Positions 8,750 through 18,730 of a stretch of 44,285 bases of DNA are shown here, piece by piece. The notes below the pieces were generated by a model, which saw nothing but the letters and a program-made list of their open reading frames with translations, did not search any database and was not told the origin of the DNA. The first letter of the stretch is position 1; each line of letters opens with the position of its first letter. This stretch comes from Nitrospirota bacterium. Its GTDB lineage: Bacteria; Nitrospirota; Thermodesulfovibrionia; Thermodesulfovibrionales; SM23-35. Location: contig JAZDLE010000036.1 of NCBI GenBank assembly GCA_043802315.1, forward strand, positions 1 through 44,285, in the 5' to 3' direction. A program made the position numbers and the translations under genes.

Positions 8750-9369
8750 TTAGCCCTTTGCCTTTAGCTCTTTACCTTTAAGATTTCTTATCCTCTCCAT
8801 TATCTCCCTGGTTATCCTCTCCTGGAAGTGTTTGTCTGTCTCCTTTTTTTCGATCTTTAAGGGCGTGCCAAATACCACTCTTATCTTAGCAGGTCTTATA
8901 AACTTGGCACCTACAGGGAGAGCCTTGTCTGTTCCTTCAATAAGTGTTGGAACAACAGGAGTGGCACTCATGGCTGCAATCATGCCCACTCCTCTTTTGG
9001 CATCAAGCAAGCTACCATCAGCACTCCGACCCCCTTCTGGGAAAAGAACGAGAACCCCTCCTTGTTTAAGCCGGGAAACAGCCTCCTTTATTGTGGAGGG
9101 CTGCGGCCTATCACGGCTCACAGGGAAACAGAAGACTTTAATTGCCCTACCGATTAAGGGGATCCTAAAAAGTCCTTCCTTTGCAATGTATGCAGCCCGC
9201 CTTTTTAAAGCCACTCCGATAACAGGGGGGTCTAGATAACTGACATGGTTCGCTGCTACGATAACCCCACCTTTATCCGGGATATTCTCAGAGCCAATCA
9301 CCTCGAGTCTGTTAATAACTTTGAAAAAAAAATAAAAGATTGTCCTTAGGAGTTGGTAAAAAAGATAAC

Positions 9370-9373
<4 letters not shown>
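8750..9373 (-). CDS. plsC: 1-acyl-sn-glycerol-3-phosphate acyltransferase
   Basis: 207 aa with the HX4D motif AANHVSYLDPPV and the FPEGGRS motif. Confidence 0.85.
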
Positions 9374-10053
<680 letters not shown>

Positions 10054-10072
10054 TTATTACTTCTTTTTAATA

Positions 10073-10094
10073 CCCCACAGTCTCTGCTGTGGGG
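10073..10094. repeat. Hairpin repeat copy 1: CCCCACAG-TCTCTG-CTGTGGGG
   Basis: 8-bp G/C-clamped stem with a 6-nt loop, preceded by ATA. It has the same flank and loop as the copy at 10167-10188. Confidence 0.8.
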
Positions 10095-10097
10095 TTT

Positions 10098-10138
10098 CCT
10101 CCTACCCCCACTTTGGCAAAGGGGGGCGAGGGGGGATT
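10098..10138. repeat. G/C-tract nested palindrome, 5'-degenerate copy
   Basis: cctcctacccccactttggcaaaggggggcgaggggggatt. The inner arms CCCCCACTTT/AAAGGGGGG and the right outer arm GGGGGGATT are intact. Confidence 0.75.
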
Positions 10139-10166
10139 TTAAATTAATAAAATTTACCTAAAGATA

Positions 10167-10188
10167 CCCCGCCGTCTCTGCGGCGGGG
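10167..10188. repeat. Hairpin repeat copy 2: CCCCGCCG-TCTCTG-CGGCGGGG
   Basis: The architecture matches 10073-10094. The two stem differences are compensated on the opposite arm. Confidence 0.8.
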
Positions 10189-10228
10189 AGGTTCATTAAC
10201 CTCATTTGCGAAGTTTTTGCTGCTTCAA

Positions 10229-10263
10229 CTCCCCCTTTTCTAAAGGGGGAGTAAGGGGGATTA
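10229..10263. repeat. G/C-tract nested palindrome, copy lacking the left outer arm
   Basis: ctcccccttttctaaagggggagtaagggggatta. Confidence 0.7.
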
Positions 10264-10307
10264 CTAATCATAACCCTTCATGCCTTTTAGACATTAATGC
10301 TTTATTC

Positions 10308-11645
10308 TTATGTTGTTAACCTTTTCAAAATATCAAAGAATCCAGGGAATGATATGCTGACAGATGAGACATCATTGATTGTTGTTGTCCCATCAGCAAT
10401 GATGGCTGCAATTGCCATCGCCATTGCAATCCTGTGGTCCTTGTGACTTTCTATAACTGCACCTTTTAATCCCCTCCCACCTGTGATATTCAGGCCATCT
10501 TCGAACTCCTCGATTTCTGCTCCCATCTTTCTGAGTTCCGTTGATATCGTTTTTATCCTGTCAGACTCCTTTACTCGAAGCTCCTCTGCCCCCCTGATAG
10601 TTGTGATTCCCGTACCCTGAGTTGCTACCACGCAAAAAATAGGAAATTCATCAATCAGAGAAGGGATTCTTTCTTTTGTTATGTGAATGCTCTTCAATTC
10701 CCTATCACCTTTACAATATATGTCAGCAATAGGTTCACCTGATACTTCCTTGATATTGGAGATTCTGATATCCGCCCCCATCTCTTGAAGTACACTGAGA
10801 AGGCCAGTCCTTGTAGGATTAATGCCTACTCCCTTGATCAGAATCTCAGAATCTCTGATTAGCAATGTCCCGGCGATAAAGAATGCAGCAGATGAGAAAT
10901 CCCCTGGCACATACATCTCTAAACCTATCAGTTCTGTTCCACCTTGTATCTTTATATGAAAGTCTTCAATTTTTATTTCTGCACCAAAGGCAGGCAGCAT
11001 CCGTTCTGTGTGGTCCCTTGACTTAAGAGGTTCTATAACTTCTGTCTCTCCTTCTGCATAAAGGCCTGCGAGGAGAATAGCTGACTTAACCTGAGCGCTC
11101 GCTACAGGCATGGTATATTGAATTGCCCTCAGTCTTTTGCCCCGAATAGCAATGGGTGGATATCTATCGTCACACCTTGCTATTATCTCCGCACCCATCT
11201 GTCTTAAGGGGATGATGACCCTCGACATTGGCCTTTGCCTTAAGGATTCATCTCCTGTCAGGACAGAAAAGAAAGGATTTCCTGAAAGCACTCCTGAGAG
11301 GAGCCTCATTGTCGTGCCTGAGTTTCCGCAATCAATAGTATCAATTGTCTCTTTAAGCCCGTATAACCCCTTACCATGGATTATGAGTTCACCTGAAAAT
11401 CCCCCCTCGCCCCCCTTTACTAAAGGGGGGATGGGGGGGATTACATTTTCTTCTATTTCAATGCCAAGCATCCTCATGGCATTTACAGTGCTTATTGTAT
11501 CTTCAGCCCTGAGGAAGTTTTTTATTATGCTTTTTCCTTTTGAGAGGGAAGAGAATATTACAGCCCTGTGGGATATGGACTTATCAGGGGGAGGAGAAAA
11601 ATCACCTTTAAAACTTTTTGCCTTGCTGAGCTCAATTCTGTCCAA
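10308..11645 (-). CDS. aroA: 3-phosphoshikimate 1-carboxyvinyltransferase (EPSP synthase) carrying a 15-codon palindromic-element insertion
   Basis: 445 aa with ..PPDKSISHRAVIFSSL.., ..GNSGTTMRLL.. and ..KESDRI.. motifs. Only a TTG start (11645) is available upstream of the conserved N-terminus. Confidence 0.9.
   Translation of the reverse strand: MDRIELSKAKSFKGDFSPPPDKSISHRAVIFSSLSKGKSIIKNFLRAEDTISTVNAMRMLGIEIEENVIPPIPPLVKGGEGGFSGELIIHGKGLYGLKETIDTIDCGNSGTTMRLLSGVLSGNPFFSVLTGDESLRQRPMSRVIIPLRQMGAEIIARCDDRYPPIAIRGKRLRAIQYTMPVASAQVKSAILLAGLYAEGETEVIEPLKSRDHTERMLPAFGAEIKIEDFHIKIQGGTELIGLEMYVPGDFSSAAFFIAGTLLIRDSEILIKGVGINPTRTGLLSVLQEMGADIRISNIKEVSGEPIADIYCKGDRELKSIHITKERIPSLIDEFPIFCVVATQGTGITTIRGAEELRVKESDRIKTISTELRKMGAEIEEFEDGLNITGGRGLKGAVIESHKDHRIAMAMAIAAIIADGTTTINDVSSVSISFPGFFDILKRLTT
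11408..11452. repeat. G/C-tract nested palindrome (intact copy) inside aroA
   Basis: aatcccccctcgcccccctttactaaaggggggatgggggggatt, 45 nt. aroA on the - strand reads it as IPPIPPLVKGGEGGF. The + strand shadow ORF reads the same DNA as PPSPPFTKGGMGG. Confidence 0.9.
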
Positions 11646-12507
11646 TACCTTCCCTCAGTGTCCGGGCCCTTTCGAATTCCCTTTCGAGGGATTCGAAATC
11701 AGAAGCCCTGAGATACTGGCTTAACCGTTCGAGATTGTTTTTGAAGATCTCGATAGATTTGAGGAGATTATCCTTATTCAGGATACAGATATCACGCCAG
11801 AGTTCTGGAGAACTCGATGCAATCCTTGTGGTACCCATAAAGCCCGGACCTGCAAATTTCAGGTATGCACCATCTATATCTGCTACAGCATTTACTATAG
11901 CATATGCGATGAGATGAGGCAGGTGGCTTACCATTGCATAAATCCTGTCATGTTCGTCGGGATTGATCAGTTCTACGATGCAGCCAAGGGTTTTCCATAT
12001 GTGGATAAGCTTCTCGAGAGCATCACCATGGGTTTTTTCCGTAGGCGTGAGAATACATTTCGCACCCCTGAAGATATCAGCTGTTGCTGTATCAATCCCT
12101 GAACGGCTGCTTCCTGCTATAGGGTGACCACCGATAAAGTAGGTACCTTCAGGCATGAGTGTCTCCATGTCGCAGACAAGCCCGCCTTTTACACTCCCAA
12201 CATCAGTAACTAAGGATCCTTTTTTCAAAGCAGGACGGATTTTTTTTGCAATTTCAATAAAGTTTCCGACAGGAGTTGCAAGTAAGACAAGATCAGAGTC
12301 ATCACATGCCCTTACAGGATCAAGTTCAAAGGAATCGATGATTCCCATCTCTTTTGCTCTCTGAAGGTTTTCGAGCCTCCTACCGTGTCCAGTGAGATGG
12401 TTGCAGAGGTTATACTTCTTCATTGCAAGGGCAAAAGAAGCACCGATTAATCCAACGCCGAGTATTGTTACCCTATTAAAAAAAGGATGAACCGGAGAGT
12501 CGGTCAT
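11632..12507 (-). CDS. tyrA: Prephenate (or arogenate) dehydrogenase
   Basis: 291 aa with the Rossmann N-terminus [19 protein letters not shown] and a GGHPIAGS motif. It lies in the aromatic amino-acid operon. Confidence 0.85.
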   Translation of the reverse strand: MTDSPVHPFFNRVTILGVGLIGASFALAMKKYNLCNHLTGHGRRLENLQRAKEMGIIDSFELDPVRACDDSDLVLLATPVGNFIEIAKKIRPALKKGSLVTDVGSVKGGLVCDMETLMPEGTYFIGGHPIAGSSRSGIDTATADIFRGAKCILTPTEKTHGDALEKLIHIWKTLGCIVELINPDEHDRIYAMVSHLPHLIAYAIVNAVADIDGAYLKFAGPGFMGTTRIASSSPELWRDICILNKDNLLKSIEIFKNNLERLSQYLRASDFESLEREFERARTLREGIGQN

Positions 12508-13529
12508 ATTTCCCTTCCAACAGCAGCGGCTATTGGTTTTAATTCCTCCATCAGTTTCTTAAATGCTGAAGGCTTTATGGACTGCTCTCCATCCGAAAGC
12601 GCCTCCTCAGGATTTATATGCACCTCAATGATAAGTCCATCTGCTCCTGCTGCTATAGCAGCCTTTGACATGGGCGCAACAAGGTCCCACTTGCCTACAC
12701 CATGGCTAGGATCAACAAAAACGGGAAGATGGGTAAGTTGCTTTAGAACCGGTACTGCGCTGATGTCAAGAGTATTCCTGGTTGCAGTCTCGAAGGTCCT
12801 CACGCCCCGTTCGCAGAGGATTACATTCTGGTTACCCCTTGACATTATATACTCGGCAGCCATGAGCCATTCTTTTATTGTTGCCGATAAACCCCTTTTA
12901 AGCAGAACTGGTTTGTCGCATGTGCCAACATCGAGGAGGAGTCTGAAGTTCTGCATGTTCCTTGCTCCAATCTGCATTATATCAGCGTACCTTACAATGA
13001 CCTCGATATCCCTGGGATCCATCAGCTCTGTTACAATGGGGAGCCCTGTTTTTTCTCTTGCCGCTGAGAGATATTTCAATCCCTCTTCCCCGAGTCCCTG
13101 GAATGAGTAAGGAGAAGTTCGAGGTTTAAATGCACCTCCCCTGAGAAAGGAAGCGCCAGCATCCTTGACCTTCTCTGCTATACTTATTATCATGGTCATG
13201 CTTTCTACAGCGCATGGACCTGCTATCACTTGTATCTTTTTACCTCCAATAACATTTCCTCTAACATCAATAGAGGTATCTTTTGCCTTGAAATCTCTGC
13301 TTGCAAGCTTATAGGGTTTGAGTATCCGCATGACATCTTCGACACCAGGCATCACCCTTATAGCATCCTCTTCCTCTTCTGCTATCTTAGAGGTGTCTCC
13401 GATAACCCCGATTACAGTCCTCTCAGTACCCTTTGAGATGTTTGCCTTGAGACCGCGGCTTTCGAGTTTCTTCACAATTCGCCTTAAATCATCTTCGGTT
13501 ACATTTGGTTTTAAAACAATGATGTCCAT
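12504..13529 (-). CDS. aroF: 3-deoxy-7-phosphoheptulonate (DAHP) synthase, type I-beta, with an N-terminal ferredoxin-like regulatory domain
   Basis: 341 aa. The core is ..[40 protein letters not shown].., preceded by a ~70-aa extra domain as in the Thermotoga-type enzyme. A GGAGG sequence lies upstream of the ATG. Confidence 0.85.
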   Translation of the reverse strand: MDIIVLKPNVTEDDLRRIVKKLESRGLKANISKGTERTVIGVIGDTSKIAEEEEDAIRVMPGVEDVMRILKPYKLASRDFKAKDTSIDVRGNVIGGKKIQVIAGPCAVESMTMIISIAEKVKDAGASFLRGGAFKPRTSPYSFQGLGEEGLKYLSAAREKTGLPIVTELMDPRDIEVIVRYADIMQIGARNMQNFRLLLDVGTCDKPVLLKRGLSATIKEWLMAAEYIMSRGNQNVILCERGVRTFETATRNTLDISAVPVLKQLTHLPVFVDPSHGVGKWDLVAPMSKAAIAAGADGLIIEVHINPEEALSDGEQSIKPSAFKKLMEELKPIAAAVGREI

Positions 13530-13556
13530 TTATTCCTCCAATTGCCTTCGCACTTC

Positions 13557-14654
13557 TTATTTCTCACTTCTTTTTTTCTTTAGGGCTGCAATAAATCTCT
13601 CATTCTCCTCGGGCAGGCCTATGGTAACCCTTATCTCTTGAGGTCCTACAGGCCTGACAATCACACCGTGCCTGAGCATTTCATTGTACAATACATGTGA
13701 ATCCTGACTCAAAAGTATATATATGAAGTTTGCCTCGGTAGAAACATATTTCACATTGAGGGAGCCGAGTTCCCTGTAAAGGTATTTTTTCCCTTCTTCA
13801 TTTATTTCCCGAGAATACCTGACATGAGACTCATCTTGAAGGGCATATATGGCTGCATTTTGTGCTAGAGAGTTTGTGTTAAAGGGTGGCCTGAGTTTAT
13901 TTATCTCAAGGATAATATCATTTCTTGCAATCCCATAACCAATCCTGAGACCTGCGAGACCATAGATTTTAGAAAAGGTCCTTAGTATCAGTATATCTCT
14001 TCCGCCCCTAAAATGCTTCATGCTATTAGCATAATCAGGATCTTCCACATATTCATAGTATGCCTCATCAACCACGATGAGTATTCCATCAGGAACCCGA
14101 CATAGCAGGCGATCAAACTCATCTCTTTTATTTATCGTGCCAGTAGGGTTATTCGGATTTGCTATAAATATCATCTTTGTTTTCTGGGTAACGGCATCTG
14201 CCATTGCTTCAAGGTCATGCGTGTAGTCCTTCAGGGGTATATGCACTGGTCTTCCACCTATTGCCTGAACAGCCATGGGATAGACAATAAAGGAAGGGTG
14301 CGCCATAACAGCTTCATCACCAGGTTGCAGAAAGGTTCTCACGGCAATATCGATCAGCTCATTAGAGCCATTTCCGAGAATCAACTCATCTTCCCTGACA
14401 GAAAGCCTTCCTGATAAAGCTTTTTTCAGATGGTATCCGCCTCCATCGGGATATCTATTAATGCTATTTGAAGGATTTGAATCCCCTAAGCTATCTAAGA
14501 TGGCTTTTAGTGCTTTTGGTGAGGGGCCAACAGGATTCTCATTGGATGCAAGTTTTATAGAGTCTCTGATACCGATTTCCCTTTCGAGCTCCTCAATCGG
14601 TTTTCCAGGTATGTAAGGCGTAAGGGTTGAGATGTAATGTGGGGGTTTAATCAT
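13557..14654 (-). CDS. hisC: Histidinol-phosphate / aromatic aminotransferase (class II PLP)
   Basis: It has ..LASNENPVGPSP.. and ..RTFSKIYGLAGLRIGY.. motifs. ATG 14654 (MIKPPHY..) is preferred because it overlaps the pheA stop (TGATG). The tracked start at 14702 would overlap pheA by 49 nt. Confidence 0.85.
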   Translation of the reverse strand: MIKPPHYISTLTPYIPGKPIEELEREIGIRDSIKLASNENPVGPSPKALKAILDSLGDSNPSNSINRYPDGGGYHLKKALSGRLSVREDELILGNGSNELIDIAVRTFLQPGDEAVMAHPSFIVYPMAVQAIGGRPVHIPLKDYTHDLEAMADAVTQKTKMIFIANPNNPTGTINKRDEFDRLLCRVPDGILIVVDEAYYEYVEDPDYANSMKHFRGGRDILILRTFSKIYGLAGLRIGYGIARNDIILEINKLRPPFNTNSLAQNAAIYALQDESHVRYSREINEEGKKYLYRELGSLNVKYVSTEANFIYILLSQDSHVLYNEMLRHGVIVRPVGPQEIRVTIGLPEENERFIAALKKKRSEK

Positions 14655-15724
14655 CAAGTTCCACCGTGAGGATAGGAGCCAAGGATCTTCACATAAAGGC
14701 AACTGTCTTTTATGTTATCAATCGCCTTTTCCACTCTTTTGTCATCAATGTGTCCTTCCATATCCACAAAGAATATATACTCCCATGCCTTTCTCTTAGA
14801 AGGCCGCGACTCTATTTTTGTCAGGTTAATCTTTGCCTTTTTAAAAGGTGAAAGAATGTCGTGAAGAGCTCCTGGTTTATCCTTTATTGAGAACATAATG
14901 GATGTCTTATCTCTTCCTGTTTTTTGAGGATATTCTTTCGAGATGACGAGAAATCTTGTAAAATTGTGTTTACTGTCACCGATATTCTTTTCAACAAAAT
15001 GCAGGTCATAGACCTTTGCTGCAAGCTCGCTTGCTATGGCTGCTGCCTCATGGTCCTGGGAGGAAATCTCTGCAGCCTTTGCCGTGCTTGCAGATTCAAA
15101 TATCGGGATCCCGGGAAGATTTGACTCGAGCCACTGCCTACACTGTGCCGTTGCCTGCGGGTTTGAATAGACCTTTCTGATTTTTGTCTTATTACCACTC
15201 TTTGACAGAAGATTATGGGATATCTCGAGCATTACTTCAGCAGAGACCTTGAGATCATAATCCATGAACAGATCAAGGGTATAACTGACAACACCCTCAT
15301 TTGAGTTTTCGATAGGCACAATGCCGAACTCTGCCGTGCAAGAGTCGACAGCATCGAACACACCCTTGATACTCTCTACTGGCAGAAAAGAAGCGGATGA
15401 GCCGAAATGTCTTAAGGCTGCCAGATGTGTATAGGTTGCCAACGGGCCCAGACATGCTACCCTCAGGGGTTCCTCGAGGGAAAGCGATGCTGAGAGGATT
15501 TCCCTGTATATAACTTTCAGCGTATCGTTAGGAAAGGAGCCTTTACTTAGCGATGTGAGGCGTTCAAGAATCTCCCTTTCACGTTCAGGAGAATAGAACT
15601 TTGCCTTCTCATTGCGCTTTGTGTTGGCAATGTCAATAACAACATCAGCCCTTTTGTTCAGGAGTTCAACAATTTTATTATCGATCTCATCGATCTCTTT
15701 CCTCAATCTTTCGAGTTCTCCCAT
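14654..15724 (-). CDS. pheA: Bifunctional chorismate mutase / prephenate dehydratase (P-protein)
   Basis: 356 aa. It has an N-terminal CM helix LRKEIDEIDNKIVELLNKR, a PDT domain, and a C-terminal ACT domain with ..TRF.. and ESRPS motifs. Confidence 0.9.
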   Translation of the reverse strand: MGELERLRKEIDEIDNKIVELLNKRADVVIDIANTKRNEKAKFYSPEREREILERLTSLSKGSFPNDTLKVIYREILSASLSLEEPLRVACLGPLATYTHLAALRHFGSSASFLPVESIKGVFDAVDSCTAEFGIVPIENSNEGVVSYTLDLFMDYDLKVSAEVMLEISHNLLSKSGNKTKIRKVYSNPQATAQCRQWLESNLPGIPIFESASTAKAAEISSQDHEAAAIASELAAKVYDLHFVEKNIGDSKHNFTRFLVISKEYPQKTGRDKTSIMFSIKDKPGALHDILSPFKKAKINLTKIESRPSKRKAWEYIFFVDMEGHIDDKRVEKAIDNIKDSCLYVKILGSYPHGGT

Positions 15725-15768
15725 TTCTCAAATACCCCTTTATCTAGGATCTTATGTTTTGCCAGACT

Positions 15769-15777
15769 ATTATACCA
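15769..15777 (-). promoter_or_regulatory. Candidate extended -10 promoter element (TGGTATAAT) for the pheA operon
   Basis: The - strand reads ..tttttgtTGGTATAATagtc.., 45 nt upstream of the pheA ATG. No convincing -35 element is present. Confidence 0.4.
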
Positions 15778-16100
15778 ACAAAAAGCTGTCCTTTGTTACA
15801 GGCAAGATATGTATTTCAGTAAGAAAAGGCTGATTTCGATATCAATCAATCCTTATCTATGTGATTTGTCTAATCATAATCCTGCGACTCCTGATAAGGA
15901 ATACATAAGCTGTAAGAGAAGGATAGGTAAAATAAACAAAACGGGTTTTCTCCTCTAAGACTTTTGTATGTACCTTGGATGTAGATTCAGAAATTTCCTT
16001 GATGGAAAGGAGAGCATGACCTGGGAGAAGGGGAATTATATCTTTATCAATATCGTCTTCGTATATCTATAGCCAAGAAGTTGGAAAAAGTGAATGGCAG

Positions 16101-16409
16101 TTATATAAAAACTAATCCTACCTTGTAAAAAACATCATCATATTTTTCAATCCATCTTACTATTGCATTTTTAGACGGGGTAGGTAAATTACCCTTAATT
16201 ATTATCTTTTGCCCTTCTTTGAGGGGTTTCGGTGTGTAAAGGCACAGCCCAGAGTTACTTACGTTAAGGGTAAAACCTATAAAGGTTTCGTGGGTATTTT
16301 CATGATTTAAAACATATTCTACTACCGCATAAGAGAAATCCTGACGCCGGTGTTCCCTTTTATCTTTTATCTTACTTCCGTCATCTTTAGCATCTAAAGT
16401 AGATCCCAT
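16101..16409 (-). CDS. Stand-alone PilZ-domain (c-di-GMP-binding) protein
   Basis: 102 aa with REHRR (RxxxR) and NVSNSG ([DN]xSxxG) at the spacing expected for PilZ. Confidence 0.7.
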   Translation of the reverse strand: MGSTLDAKDDGSKIKDKREHRRQDFSYAVVEYVLNHENTHETFIGFTLNVSNSGLCLYTPKPLKEGQKIIIKGNLPTPSKNAIVRWIEKYDDVFYKVGLVFI

Positions 16410-16495
16410 ATCCCTCCTTCCTTATTAAGTCTATTAATGCTGTCCGCAACAAGAAGATATTATATACATATTTCTGCCCTTTTTATATAAAACTT

Positions 16496-16524
16496 ATAAT
16501 TTAAATATCTTATATTTAAATTAT
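16496..16524. promoter_or_regulatory. Perfect 13-3-13 AT-rich palindrome ATAATTTAAATAT-ctt-ATATTTAAATTAT, a candidate operator
   Basis: Read directly from the sequence. It lies 87-115 nt upstream of the PilZ gene start, within the 425-nt divergent PilZ/yceI spacer. Confidence 0.45.
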
Positions 16525-16750
16525 ATCATATCCTACCTATAGAATAAGCACATTCTATGCCAGCAGTAGTATCCACAACCTATTGATTTTCTGGAGAAAA
16601 ATGCGTTACTACCAAGCTGATCGAAAGACCCTGACAAATTTTGTCGTTATGATGTATATAAACTGCAATAAGCAAAATTACATAGCTTGATAACTTTCTC
16701 AGTTGTTTCCTTTCAACCATATAGTAATACAATATATGCCAATGCTTTTG

Positions 16751-16778
16751 TTGCTTTCAGGTTTCAGGGTGATATAAT
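16751..16778 (+). promoter_or_regulatory. Candidate sigma70-type promoter for the yceI-like gene (TTGCTT - 16 nt - TGaTATAAT)
   Basis: -35 TTGCTT at 16751-16756, TG at 16770-16771, -10 TATAAT at 16773-16778. It lies 57 nt upstream of ATG 16835, and an AGGGAGG RBS sits at 16823-16829. Confidence 0.5.
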
Positions 16779-16834
16779 GAACAATAAATTTCAGCGAAAG
16801 GCAGTACATCTTAAATGGTATAGGGAGGTAAATT

Positions 16835-17365
16835 ATGGCTAAATGGGTTATTGATCCTGATCATACTGTTGCTGGGTTTTCTATTCGGCATCTGATGATT
16901 GCGAATGTGCGCGGTCATTTCAGTAAGATTACAGGAACGATTCATTTTGATTACTCTGATGTCACCCATTCATCAGTGCAAGTAACTATAGATGCTGCGA
17001 GTATCTGTACAGGGATTAAAAAGCGCGACGAACACCTTCGCAGCCCTGATTTCTTTGATGTTGATAAATATCCGCAAATAACTTTTAAGAGTACAAAAGT
17101 AGAAATCACTGGTAGCAACCGCTGCAAGGTTAACGGTGACCTGACCATTCACATGATCACCCGTTCTGTTACCCTTGAGGCTGAATATTTTGGACCAATA
17201 AAGAGTCCCTTTGGTGCAACGAGCATGGGCTTTGCTGCAACGACGATGATCAATCGTGAAGATTATGGTATGGCATGGAATGAGCACATGGAAAGTGGCG
17301 GCTTTATGGTTGGCAAAGATGTCCAGATTACTCTGGAAGCAGAGGCTGATTTAACTGCTGACTAA
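16835..17365 (+). CDS. YceI-family (polyisoprenoid-binding) protein
   Basis: 176 aa. W.IDPDHTVAGFSIRHLMIANVRGHF..G.I.FD.. and ..RDEHLRSPDFFDV..YP.I.F.S are typical YceI signatures. Confidence 0.85.
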   Translation: MAKWVIDPDHTVAGFSIRHLMIANVRGHFSKITGTIHFDYSDVTHSSVQVTIDAASICTGIKKRDEHLRSPDFFDVDKYPQITFKSTKVEITGSNRCKVNGDLTIHMITRSVTLEAEYFGPIKSPFGATSMGFAATTMINREDYGMAWNEHMESGGFMVGKDVQITLEAEADLTAD

Positions 17366-17414
17366 ATCTCAATTTTGCATAAATGGATGTGCCGTTACAC
17401 ACTGAGCAAGTAGT

Positions 17415-18413
17415 TCAGAGCGGCATGTAGGCCTTGGGATTTAGATCAAACCCTGCAATATCTCCTGCCTCAAGATGGTAATATCCGGCTGATGCAATCA
17501 TGGCAGCATTGTCAGTACAAAAAGATATGGAGGGTATAAAGATTTCTGTTTCCTTTTCTACTCCCATATCTTCCATCCTTTTCCTGAGCTCTCTGTTTGC
17601 TGCTACACCTCCTGTGAGGACAACCCGCTTTATCCTCTCTTTTTTGATTGCCCATTCTGTTTTTCTCACAAGGACATCGACTACAGATGCCTGAAAAGAT
17701 GCCGCAATATCATTGACCTTTTGCTCTCTGTTTTCTGCTCTCTGCTCTTTCACAAAATGAAGTACTGCGGTTTTCAGCCCGCTGAAACTGAAATCAAAGG
17801 ATTCTGGTAGGTATGCCCTTGGGAAGTCTATTGCCTTTGGATTTCCGCCTTGCGCGATTTTCTCAATTACTGGACCTCCAGGATATCCGAGCCCGAGGAG
17901 CTTTGAGACCTTATCGTATGCCTCGCCTGCTGCATCATCTCTTGTCCTGCCGAGCTCCCTGTATGCACCAAAACCATCAACCCGGTAGAGGCATGTATGT
18001 CCTCCCGACACAATGAGAGCAAGGAAAGGGCAAGATGGTTTTGACTCCTCAATGAATGCAGAGAATATGTGCCCTTCGAGGTGGTTTACTGCGAGGAGGG
18101 GAATCCCTTTTGAATAGCAGAGGGCCTTGGCAAAAGAACAACCTATAAGGAGGGAGCCTATAAGCCCGGGACCGTGGCATACAGCAACACCGGAAAGATT
18201 ATCAAGTTTAATACCGGCAGCTTTTAATGCCTCATCAATAACAGGCCATATCATCTCGATATGCCGGCGAGATGCAAGCTCAGGGACAATACCTCCGTAT
18301 TTTTTGTGTATCTCCGTCTGGTTAGAGACTATGTTTGATAAAACCCTTGTCCCATTCTCAACAACAGCTGCCGCTGTGTCATCACAGGAGGTATCTATTC
18401 CAAGAATAAGCAT
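17415..18413 (-). CDS. tsaD: tRNA N6-adenosine threonylcarbamoyltransferase
   Basis: 332 aa with MLILGIDTSCDDTAAAVV.., ..HLEGHI.. and ..SGGHT.. motifs of Kae1/TsaD. Confidence 0.95.
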   Translation of the reverse strand: MLILGIDTSCDDTAAAVVENGTRVLSNIVSNQTEIHKKYGGIVPELASRRHIEMIWPVIDEALKAAGIKLDNLSGVAVCHGPGLIGSLLIGCSFAKALCYSKGIPLLAVNHLEGHIFSAFIEESKPSCPFLALIVSGGHTCLYRVDGFGAYRELGRTRDDAAGEAYDKVSKLLGLGYPGGPVIEKIAQGGNPKAIDFPRAYLPESFDFSFSGLKTAVLHFVKEQRAENREQKVNDIAASFQASVVDVLVRKTEWAIKKERIKRVVLTGGVAANRELRKRMEDMGVEKETEIFIPSISFCTDNAAMIASAGYYHLEAGDIAGFDLNPKAYMPL

Positions 18414-18730
18414 GAGACATTATATATGGTTAAGGATTTCAGCATCAATCTCTCAGTGTTTCCCAACGACTTTTCTATACTTTATTTGATAAACTCTTCA
18501 AGGTATAATTTCTATCTTATCGTTTAAAATTGGTAAGAACCATTGAGCATTATACCCGAATAGATTTACAAGAAATGATATCAACTGATCAGTGATAAAG
18601 AACTACTGCATGATGGATGTTTTTGAATAATATCGAGCAAATTTGCCTCCAAAATATTGTCAGGGCTGCAGAGTTCTCAAGAGTCTTTGTTTGAATGAAT
18701 AAGAAATGAGCAAAAGAACTTCTGGTCATA

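Noticed and set aside
10073-10263. Possible CRISPR array, given the repeated G/C-clamped hairpins with intervening unique sequence.
   Set aside because: There are only two hairpin copies. The intervening material is itself another repeat family, the spacing is irregular, and no cas genes or leader are present.
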